A stretch of DNA of 64,000 nt from Hemiscyllium ocellatum (taxonomy: Eukaryota): positions 45,942,498 through 46,006,497 of the forward strand of contig NC_083435.1 in NCBI RefSeq assembly GCF_020745735.1. Reading direction: 5' to 3'. The notes under the pieces were generated by a model. It saw nothing but the letters and a program-made list of their open reading frames with translations. It did no database searches and was not told where the DNA came from. Positions 36,968 to 47,272 of this stretch are shown one piece after another (positions within the stretch are counted from its first letter, which is position 1; each line of letters begins with the position of its first letter). The translations under genes and the position numbers were made by a program.

Positions 36968-37095
36968 GGAGAAAGTGAGGACTGCAGATGCTGGAGACCA
37001 GAGTTGAAAAATGTGGCGCTGGAAAAACACAGCAGGCCAGGCAACATCCGAGGAGCAGGAGAATCGACGTTTCTGGCATAAGCCATTCTTCAGTG
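36968..37095 (-). mobile_element. Penelope-derived short insertion
   Basis: TSD tcctgccc at 36960-67 and 37096-103; CTGAAGA...GAAACGTC core on the minus strand. Confidence 0.75.
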
Positions 37096-37142
37096 TCCTG
37101 CCCAACAATATCTCCACTTTCAAGGAACTATGAACCTTCATG

Positions 37143-37440
37143 GGTGGCATGGTGGCTCAGTAATTAGAGCTGCCGCTTCACAGTACCAGGGACCTGGGTT
37201 CGATTCTACCCTCGGGCGACTGTCTGTGTGGTCTTGCACATTCTCCCCGTGTCTGTCTGGGGAGTTCAGTTGGATTGCCCATAGTGTCTCAGTGTGTGCA
37301 GGCTAGGTGGATTAGCCAGGGTTACAGGGATGGGGTAGAGAGGGTGGGTATGGGTGGGATGCTTTGCAGAGGTTCAGTGTGGACTCAATGGGCCAAATGG
37401 TTCTGCTCCTGCATTATAGGGATTCTATGCTGTGATTCTG
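37143..37440 (+). mobile_element. HE1-type SINE
   Basis: A box and B box head, same tail. Confidence 0.85.
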
Positions 37441-38648
37441 CACCATTAAGTTTCTTCGCTCTTCAAGACCAGGAACCTACTGCTCAGTGTATAATGACTT
37501 GCCTTACCAACATGCAACACCTCACATTTATCTCAATTAAGCTCCATCTGCCTCCTTGGCCCACCGACCCATCTGATCTGGGCCCTGTTGAACCTCCTAC
37601 CCTGTCCAGTGCACGCCTATTTTGATACCATCTGCAAACCTATTAAATTGGGGCGATCCTTGAGTTTTAAGCAGTGACCCCTGATCTGGATTCTCCCACA
37701 AGTAGAAATCGGGACAGGGTTCGGAGATTTGGGCTGAGGGAAGGGGAGATCGGAGTAGTGAGGGGATGACAGAACCTAAAATTGTCCAGAGTGAGAAAGG
37801 CAGAGAGAGGAGCAACAGGGGAGAGATTGAGGGAGGGAAGAGAGGTGAACTGTCCTGTAGGAAAATGCTCTGTCCCTTATTTTGAGCAGAAATGGGTGAC
37901 AAAGTGGACAGTGTCAAGGCTGGGAGAGAGGTCCTGTTGCGTCAGGATTTGAGTGGGTTCTGAGATCTGAACCACCTCAAAGATCAGCGGGATGTTTTCA
38001 ACAATTAAACTGATTCTCCCTCACCCCTCATGCACACAAGAATCAAAACCATCCTTCTGTATTCACCTGCACCCTATTACCAGTCCCCTTTCCCCATCCC
38101 AGACCCATGATCAAACCCTAAAATGTCAGCCCCACCAAGAGAGTGGGGGAAATGGAAGACAATCAGTGAGATCAGGACAAGAACCCCAAAACACCAACCC
38201 CTCAAAAGGGAGAGAGAGCAGGGGATCAATATATCTCAGTGTGGAGGTATGGGTGTTGGACAGAGGTGGACAATGTTAAAAATCACACAACACCAGGTTA
38301 TAGTCCAACAGGTTTATTTGTAAGGACTAGCTTTCAGAGCACCGCTCCTTCATTAAGTAGCTGTGGGGCAAGATCCTGTATCCTATGATCCTGTCCTACT
38401 AGCTACCTGACGAGCAAAGAAAATTACAGCACAGGAACTAGCCCTTCAGCCCTCCAAGCCTGCGCCAATCCAGATCCTCAATCTGAAACTGTCGCCAATT
38501 TTCAAAGGGTGTGTTTCCCCCTGCTCCCTGCTCATTCATGTATCTGTCTAGATACATCTTAAATGGTGCTATCGTGCTCAACTCTGCCAACTCTGCTGGC
38601 TACGCATTCCAGGCACCCGCCACCCTCAGCATAAAGAACTTACAGACT

Positions 38649-38890
38649 CAGTGGTTAGCACTGCTGCCTCACAGCGCCAGGGACCCAGCTTCCCTTCCTG
38701 CCTTGGGTGACTATCTGTGTGAAGTTTGCACGTTTTGTGTGGATTTCCTTGGGTGCTCCGATTTCCTCCCACAGTCCACAGATGCTCAGGGTAGGTAAAT
38801 TGCCCATAGTGTTAGGTGAGTTATTTTTCAGAGGGTCGGTGTGGACTTGTTGGGCCGAAGGGCCTGTTTCCACACTGTATGGAATCTAAT
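38649..38890 (+). mobile_element. HE1-type SINE
   Basis: Same head and GGGCCGAAGGGCCTGTTTCCACACTG tail. Confidence 0.85.
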
Positions 38891-39556
38891 TTAAACTTTC
38901 CACACATATCACCCTTAAACTTTTCCCTCTCACCTTGAACTCGTGACCCCTAGTAATTGAGTCTCCCACTCTGGGAAAACGCTTCTTGCTATCCACCCTG
39001 TCTACACCTCCCATGATTTTGTAGGCCTCAATCAGGTCCCCCCACAACCTCCTCCTTTCCAATGTAAATAATCCTAACCTACTCAACCTCTCCTCATAGC
39101 TAGCACCCTATACCAGGCAACATCTTGGTGAACCTCCTCTGCACCTTCTCCAAAGCATCCACATCCTTTTAGTAATGTGGCGACCAGAACTGTACACAGT
39201 ATTCCAAATGTGGCCGAACCAAAGTCCTGTACAACTGCAACATGACCTGCCAACTCTTATACTCAAAACCCCATCCAATAAGGAAAGGATGCTGAATACC
39301 TTCTTGACCACTCTATCCACCTGCGTTGCCACCTTCAGGGAACAGTAGACCTGAAACCCAGATCTCTCTGTACATTAATTTTCCCCAGGACATTTCCATT
39401 TACTTTATAGTTCACTCTTGAATTAAATCTTCCAAAATGCATCACCTCGCATTTGCCAAGATTGTACTCCATCTGCCATTTCTCTGAACACTTTCCAATC
39501 TACCTTTATTCGGCTGTATTTTCTGACAGTCCCCTTCACTATCTGCTACTCCATCA

Positions 39557-39781
39557 TTTGTAGGTGCCGATGTTGGACAATGTTAAAAATCACACAACAC
39601 CAGGGTATAGTCCAACAGGTTTAATTGGAAGCACACTAGCTTTCGGAGTGACGCTCTTTCATCAGGTAATAGTGGAGGGCTCGATCGTAACACAGAATTT
39701 ATAGCAAACATTTACAGTGTGATGTAACTGAAATTATACATTGCAAAATTGATTGTCTGTTAAGCCTTTCATCTGTTAGAA
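39557..39781 (-). mobile_element. Penelope-derived short insertion
   Basis: 13-bp TSD tgctactccatca at 39544-56 and 39782-94; close relative of 1350-1569. Confidence 0.78.
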
Positions 39782-40149
39782 TGCTACTCCATCAATCTTA
39801 GTGTCATCTGCAAACTTGCTAATCAGACCACCTCTACCTTCTTCCAGACCATTTATCTGAAATTTGTACTTCCAAATAAACCTGTTGGACTATAATATGA
39901 TGTAGTGTGATTTTAAACTAAATATACCTTGATGCATGACACTGAGAGAATGGGGGCGTTGGGAATCAGTCTCTGTACCTGTGAGTGCGATCCTCCTCAA
40001 TCTCCCTCTCTCTCTCTCTCTCCCTTTCTCCAAGAGAGGACACAGGGAGATGGGACTGAGGGGAGAGCTCTCTCACAGACTACACTGTTAAACACTCCAC
40101 ATTTTGGAATCAGCTATATTGGACTTTGACCCTGTGTACTGTCTCCGTC

Positions 40150-40277
40150 CACTTTCAGTTTCTCAGTCTGGTTCAATCTGGTTTTCCCCTGGCAGTTACT
40201 GTGCTCCCTGCCCCTCCCTGGTGTTTGTCTCAGTTGGAAAGTCCCTGACGTAAGTGTGAAGCTGTTGATCAAATTGG
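40150..40277. promoter_or_regulatory. ISRE, NF-kB, CRE and CCAAT cluster
   Basis: CACTTTCAGTTTCTC 40150-64; GGAAAGTCCC 40236-45 (reverse complement of GGGACTTTCC); TGACGTAA 40246-53; ATTGG 40273-77. Confidence 0.62.
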
Positions 40278-40439
40278 CGTCCGTACAGCATTCACAAACA
40301 GAAGATGCTGCAGAGACTGGGGATTATGGAGAGCTGTGTCACTGATCCGGTCTACAAGTACATAAACTGAACAGCAGTTCAATTAGAACAAGGGCTGCCA
40401 TTCAATCCAATGATATCAGCACAGTGTAGTTACATTCCA

Positions 40440-42260
40440 GTTGTAAGATCATAAAATACAGGAACAGTATTAGGCCATTCTGCCCATTGGGTCTGTTCTA
40501 CAATTCAATCACCGTAGAATCCCTCCAGTATTGTCCCTTCGGCCCAACAAGTCCACACTGCCCCTCCAAAGAGTAACCCACCCAGATCCATTCCCCTACC
40601 CTATTACTGTATATCTTCCCCTGACTAATGTACCTAACCTACAGATCTCTGAACACTATGGGGCAATTTAGCACGGCCAATTCACCTGATTGTAGGAGGA
40701 AACTGGAGCACCCGGAGGAAACCCACGCAGACACGGGGAGAATGTGCAAACTCCATACAGACAGTCACCTGAGGCGGGAATTGAACCCGGGTCCCTGGTG
40801 CTGTGAGGCAGCAGTGCTAACCACTGAGCCATCGTGCTGCCCCAAAACTGAAATATATGTCCAATCCGTTCCCCTGACTTCTCTCCATAACCCCTGATCT
40901 CCTTACCAATCAAGAACCTATCCAGTCTGTCTTAGATACAGTCAATGACTTGGTCTCCATAACTGTTTGCAGCAATGAGTTCCACAGATTAACCTCTGGC
41001 TGAAGAAATTCCTCCTCACCTCAGCCTTCACGCTGAGGCTGTGCCCTTGAGTTCATGTCTCTCCCATTAGTTGGAAACATCTCCGCTCATCCAGGCATCT
41101 CAGAATAGCAGTCTCCCCCTTAACTCCATTGCGTACAAACAGAGTCCTCAATCGCTCCTTGTATGACAAGCCTGTTTTCCCTGCAATCATTGTAAACCTG
41201 CTCTGGGGCCTTGTATGACAAGTCTGTTTTCCCTGCAATCATTGTAAACCTGCTCTGGGGCCCCCCTTCCAATGCCAGCACATCGTTTCCTAGATACAGA
41301 GCCCAAAACTGCTCCCAGTCTTCCAAATGCAGTCTGACCAGAGCCTTATACAGCCTCAGCAGTACAGGTCTGCTCTTGTATTCTACCCCTCTTGAAGTAA
41401 ATGTTAACATTGTACTTGCCTTCCTGACTGTCAACTTACCCTAGATGTTAATCTCCAGAGAATCCTGATTTAGGACTTCCATTTACATTTCAGATTTCTG
41501 AAGCCTTTCCCCATTTGGAAAATAGTCTCTGCCTCTATTCATCCCACCACAGTGCATAACCTCACACTTTCCCACATTGTATTCCATCTGCCCTTTTTTT
41601 GCCCACACTCCTAGCCTGTCTAAGTACGACTGCAGCCTTCCAGCTTCTTCAACACTACCTGTCCTCCACTTACCTTTGTGTCATCTGCAAGCTTAACAAC
41701 AATGTCCTCAGTTCCCTTGTCCAGATCAATAATATGAGGTAAATAGTTGTAATGTCAACACTATCTCCTGTGGAAATCCACTGGTCACCAGCTGCCATCC
41801 TGAAAATGAACCCTTTATCCCTACACTCTGCCTTCTGCCAGTCAGCCAATCCTGTATCCTTGCCCCGAACACCTTGAGCTCATGTTTTTTTTAGCAGCTT
41901 CCTACGAGGCACCTTGTCAAAAGCCTTCTGGACATCCAAGTACATTATTTCTATTGGTTCTCCTTTGTCCAACTTTGTTGTCACCTCCTCGAAGGATTCT
42001 AACGTTTGTTAGTCATCGTCTCCCCTTGCTGAAGCCATGCTGACTCAGCCCTATTTTACCGTGCACTTTCAATACTCAGTGACCTCATCCTTTCTAATGG
42101 ATTCTAAAATTTTATCTAACTGGTCTGTAGTTCCCTGTTTACTGCCTCCCTTCCTTCTTAAACAGGGGTGTTCCATTAGCCCATCTTCCAGTCCTCTGGG
42201 ACCCTCACTCAAAAATCACCATAATGCCTCTACAATTTCCTCAACTATCTCCTTTGAAAC
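40440..42260 (-). mobile_element. Degraded CR1 with a nested SINE and a 52-bp tandem duplication
   Basis: LYKALVRLHLEDWEQFWALY frame; duplication 41157-41208 / 41209-41260. Confidence 0.78.
40514..40842 (-). mobile_element. HE1-type SINE
   Basis: Reverse-complement head ending ccactgagccatcgtgc. Confidence 0.85.
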
Positions 42261-42782
42261 TGTGCACCCAGCCAGGGCGATTTATCCGACCTCTCAGCTA
42301 CCCAATTAAAGAGATAGCAAAGGAATTGAACAGGCATTTTGCAGTGAAGTGCAGTCTCTCCAGCTTTAATGCGATAGTTGCATTCTTGTACGACCTTGCG
42401 CTGTAGAAAATCGCACCATAAAAATAACGCTTAAAGTATTGGGGGTGAATTCGCATCACAGCCAACACATATCCAAACAAATAGCATTCACCTACTCATC
42501 AATCACATTATAGCCGATCCGTGTTGATGAAACCTTGCTATTGACCCTTTGACTAAGGGGAACAGCGGCTCTGCATTCACCCTCTGCATGGTCCTCTTAA
42601 TTTTCAGGTCCCAGCCTCCCTTCATTGCTGGAAAGCTCCATCTCAGGGAATCTCCTCCGTACACTCTCCAATGCAATCACATCCTTCCTATAATGCAGTG
42701 ACCAGAACTACACACAGTACTCTGGCTGTGACCTAACTAAAATAAAATGGGTGCAAAACATCAGCTCTGATGAAGAATCATT

Positions 42783-42817
42783 CCTTTTGGCTAAGATCAA
42801 GTGTCTGTTCTGATCAG
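42783..42817 (+). ncRNA. U2 snRNA 5' fragment (about nt 13-52, 5-nt deletion), non-functional, heading a Tx1 element
   Basis: CCTTTTGGCTAAGATCAAGTG-TCTGTTCTGATCAG versus recalled U2 CCTTTTGGCTAAGATCAAGTGTAGTATCTGTTCTTATCAG. Confidence 0.85.
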
Positions 42818-43131
42818 GACTGGTGTTGAGTTGCGAGTCACCAGAGCTAGTTGGGGATCATTGCTGGATCATGATTGGACTTTGGAGGATGGTTTGGTTG
42901 CACTGACCTGCTCTTGGTGGATCTTCATGCTGGCTTCAGCCTAACGCCAATTCAGGGACCAGCCAACCTCAAGAGCTATGGCCTCAATAGCTGCCTGCAG
43001 CCCTGGACAGGGGGTTCGAAACACAGACAGGGTGACTGTGAAGAAGGTCGAGGGTCATACACCAGTTAATCGAAGCCTGCTTATTAAGAAAGTGTTGTTG
43101 AGATGCTGTGGGTTTGCTGCAGTGGATGTGT

Positions 43132-44443
43132 GTGGGAGGAGTGTATCAGTAAAGTGAGGCAGAAACTGGGCAGATGGAAGCTACAGTCGCTCTTCATCGT
43201 GGGAAAAAACCTGGTCATCAGGTGTGAGGCACTGTCATTGCTGTTGTACGTGGCACAGGTCTGGCCTATTCCCAGAACCTGCGCCACTGCAGTCACCCGG
43301 TCCATCTTCCAGTTCATATGGAGTTCAAGGATGGACCGGGTCCGAAGGGACTCACTATACAAAGATCTGGGCAACGGGGGAAAAAATACACCCAATGCCA
43401 CCCTCACCCTGATGGCCACCTTTGAGTGCGGCTGCATCAAGCTGTGCGTGGATCCCCGGTACGCAAACACCAAGTGTCACTACGTACTGAGGTTCTACCT
43501 GTCCCCGGTGTTGTGAAGGATGGGCCTGGCCTCGCTGCCGCGGAACGCTCCGAGTAGTTGGACCGTTCCGTACCACCTGTCCTTCGTGGAGAAATTTTTG
43601 AAGAAAAACACCTTTGACCACAAGTCCATCAGGAAGTGGTCAGCACGTAGCGTCCTAGGGACCCTTCGGGAAAAGGAGAGGGCGGATCCTATCGGGTGGT
43701 TCCTTGAGCAGACAGTCAAAGCAATTTGGCAGAATGCCTCATCGCCAGAACTTTCCAACAAGCACCAAGACATGGTTTGGCTGGTGGTGAGAAGGGCTCT
43801 GCCTGTGAGATCCTTTATGCACGCCCGGACTCTCAGCCGCACCGCACGCTGCCCTCGAAGCGGCTGCGGGGGGAAGAGACTGTCACACACCTCCTTCTGG
43901 AATGTGCCTGTGCAGAGGAAGTCTGGAGAGGAATGCAGTGGGGTTTGTCGAGGTTCGTCCCGAGCAGTGCCGTGACACGGGACTCTGTGCTCTACGGCCT
44001 GTTCCCCGGGACGCACAGCGAGACAAACATCAACTGCGCCTGGAGGATCATCAACTCGGTGAAGGATGCTCTCTGGGTGGTCTGAAACCTGTTGATCTTC
44101 CAGCTGAAGGAGTTGATCCCGACTGAGTGTTGCAGACTGGCACATTCCAAGGTCCAGGACTACGTGTTGAGGGACGCGCTGAAGCTTGGGGCAGCTGCCG
44201 CCAAGGCGCGGTGGGGAAAGACCGCCCTGTGACATCTGCCTGTCTAAAGAAGATCAGGGGGCCCTGCAGTCATTTGGGCTCTGCTGACGCCTCAGCTCAA
44301 TATGTGAGTGAGAAATGCACAGATCTGTATGTAATAATGAAAATTCTGAGGTGTGTATGTAAATGTTGACATATGTATGGCATTACCAAATGTACAGTGT
44401 ATCAAATATTTTATGAATAAAGTATATTTTTGAAATAAAAAAA
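43132..44443 (+). mobile_element. 5'-truncated Keno-like copy 1, nested in ORF1
   Basis: Starts at WEECISKVRQ, ends AATAAAGTATATTTTTGAAATAAAAAAAA; TSD AGTGGATGTGT. Confidence 0.9.
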
Positions 44444-44459
44444 AGTGGATGTGTACTGC

Positions 44460-47272
44460 TCTGGGAGGGACTACGCAGGTTGGAGAACCATGAAGCCCCT
44501 CTTTGAGTCTCCAGCAGACTGGTGGGAAACAGTTAAAGGGAACATCAAGAGGTTCTTCATCCTCAAAGGTGTTCAGGAGGCGAGGGAGAGGTGGGGAAAA
44601 CTGTCCCAGCTCCAGGAAAGTATGCAGAACCTGCTCCTGCTGCAGACGATGGGGGTCGATGTCACAGAGGACCTCCAGGAGGTGAAGGGCCAGCAAGCCT
44701 CGCTCTTTTTCTCGGAGGCCTCCAAGATAATCTTCCGGTCCAGGGTCCGCTCGGTGGAGCAGGACGAGACGTGCTCACGTTTCTTCTTCCAGAAGGTGCA
44801 CAAAGAGAGCTCCGTGCTCAGCAGCCTGAAGGAAGAAGATGGCTCGATATCGTCATCTCAGGCTGACGTCATGAGGATCAGTAAATCCTTCTATGCCAGT
44901 CTGTATGACGCGAAGCCGACCGACAGCACGGCCTCCCAGTCATTCCTGTCCTCTATCACGGAGGTCTTAGACGACAGAACATGCGAGAGGCTGGACCAGC
45001 CGCTATCTCTGGACGAGCTGATCAAGGCCCTCGAGTCCTTCGAAAAGAATAAAACTCCCGGAAGTGATGGCTTACCGGTCGAGCTCTATTCCGCTCTGTG
45101 GGACTTGATTGGCCAGGACCTGCTGGAGGTGTGTGTCAGTATGCTTCAGGCAGGTACCATGAGTGAATCCATGAGGAAAGGCATCATCACCCTCATCTAC
45201 AAGCGGAAGGGGGAGAGGGAGGAACTCAAAAATTGGAGACCGATCACACTGTTGAATGCGGATTACAAAATCCTGTCAAAGGTAATCGCCAACCGGGTCA
45301 GGTCTGCTCTGGGGTCGGTGATTCACCCTGACCAAACCTGTGCTGTGCCGGGCAGGAAGATCACGGAGAGTCTCGCACTCCTCAGAGATACGATCGCCTA
45401 CGTGCAGGACAGAGGGTTGGACAACTGCCTTATCAGCCTGGACCAGGAGAAAGCCTTTGACAGGATATCACACAGGTATATGAGAGATGTTCTCTCCAAA
45501 ATGGGCTTTGGAGAGGGAATCTGCAATTGGATCAGACTGCTCTACACCAACATTGTCAGTGCAGTCTCAATCAATGGGTGGGAATCAGATAGCTTCCCAG
45601 TCAGATCTGGAGTCAGGCAGGGCTGTCCTCTCTCTCCTGCCTTGTTTGTGTGCTGCATAGAGCCATTTGCCGAGTCCATCAGGAAGGATGCGAGCCTGAG
45701 AGGGGTGACTATTCCGGGCAGCGGGGGCCTGCAGGTTAAGGCCTCCCTGTACATGGATGACGTCGCCGTTTTCTGCTCGGATCCGCTGTCCGTGCGCAGA
45801 CTCATGTGCATATGTGACCAGTTCGAACAGGCCTCGGGGGCCAAGAGCGAGGCCATGCTCTTCAGGAACTGGACCGACCAATTCTCGATCCCTTTCACCG
45901 TCAGGACCAACCACCTGAAGGTGCTGGGTATTTGGTTCGAGGGGGTGGGGCTGGTGCATGCGCCAAGACCTGGGAGGAGTGTATCAGCAAAGTGAGGCAG
46001 AAAATGGGCAGATGGATGCTACGGTCGCTCTCCATCGCGGGAAAAAACCTGGTCATCAGGTGTGAGGCACTGTCATTGCTATTGTACGTGGCACAGGTCT
46101 GGCCTATTCCCAGAACCTGTGCCACTGCAGTCACCCGGGCCATCTTCCAGTTTATATGGAGTTCAAAGATGGACCGGGTCCGAAGGGACTCGCTGTACAA
46201 AGATCTGGGCAACGGGGGAAAACATACAACCAATGCCACCCTCACCCTGATGGCCACCTTTGTGTGTGGCTGCATCAAGCTGTGCGTGGATCCCCGGTAC
46301 GCAAACACCAAGCGTCACTACGTACTGAGGTTCTACCTGACCCCGGTGTTGCAAAGGATGGGCCTGGCCTCACTGCCGCGGAACGCTCCGAGTAGTTGGA
46401 CCGTTCCGTACAACCTGTCCTTCGTGGAGAAATTTATGAAGAAAAACACCTTTGACCACAAGTCCATCAGGAAGTGGTCAGCGCGTAGTGTCCTCGAGAC
46501 CCTTCGGGAAAAGGAAAGGGCGGTTCCCTGAGCAGACTATCAAAGCCAGAATGCCTCATCGCCCGAACTGTCCAACAAACACCAAGACATGGCTTGGCTG
46601 GTGGTGAGAAGGGCTCTGCCTGTGAGATCCTTTATGCACACCCGGACTTTCAGCCGCACCGCTCGCTGCCCTCGAAGCGGCTGCGGGGGGGGACGAGACT
46701 GTCACACACCTCCTTCTGGAATGTGCCTATGCAGAGGGAGTCTGGAGAGGAATGCAGTGGGGTTTGTCGAGCTTCGTCCCAAGCAGCGCCGTGACGCGGG
46801 ACTCCGTGCTGTACGGCCTGTTCCCCGGGACGGACACCAAGACGAACATCAACTGCGCCTGGAGGATCATCAACTCGGTGTAGGACGCTCTCTGGGCGGT
46901 CCGAAACCTGTTGATCTTCCAGCTGAAGGAGTTGACCCCGACTGAGTGTTGCAGACTGACACATTCCAAGGTCCAGGACTACGTGTTGAGGGACGCGCTG
47001 AAGCTTGGGGCAGCTGCCGCCAAGGCGCGGTGGGGAAAGACCGCTGTTTAACATCTGCCTGCCTAAGAAGAACAGGGGGCCCATGCAGCCATTTGGGCTC
47101 TGCTGACGCCTCAGCTCAATATATGGGCATATGAGCGAGAAATGTACAGACCTGTATATAAAAATGTTAAATTCGGATCTGTGTATGTAAATGTTTACAT
47201 ATGTATGGCATGACCAACTGTACAGACCATCAAATTATTTTATGAATAAAGTATATTTTTGAAATTAAAAAA
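44460..47272 (+). mobile_element. 5'-truncated Keno-like copy 2, nested in ORF1
   Basis: Carries most of the RT (516-aa frame), same 3' end and poly(A); 16-nt TSD with 13/16 identity. Confidence 0.9.

Larger units (their letters stand above)
36310..39860 (-). mobile_element. Several CR1 3' fragments interleaved with SINEs and Penelope-derived inserts
   Basis: Minus-strand CR1 frames near 36600-36960 and 38886-39332. A non-repetitive stretch at about 37600-38240 lies within this span. Confidence 0.7.

Noticed and set aside
37597-38240. Non-repetitive purine-rich stretch with small ORFs on both strands
   Set aside because: No recognisable protein motif or consistent splice pair; left unannotated.
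39950-39986. Plus-strand mini exon MGALGISLCT with a gtgagt donor as a second leader exon
   Set aside because: Too short and weakly hydrophobic, no promoter directly upstream and no downstream coding exon found.
41157-41260. 52-bp tandem duplication as a functional repeat
   Set aside because: A local duplication within a dead CR1 fragment.
42783-42817. Functional U2 snRNA gene
   Set aside because: Only about 35 nt, the branch-site pairing region is deleted, and there is no Sm site or 3' part.
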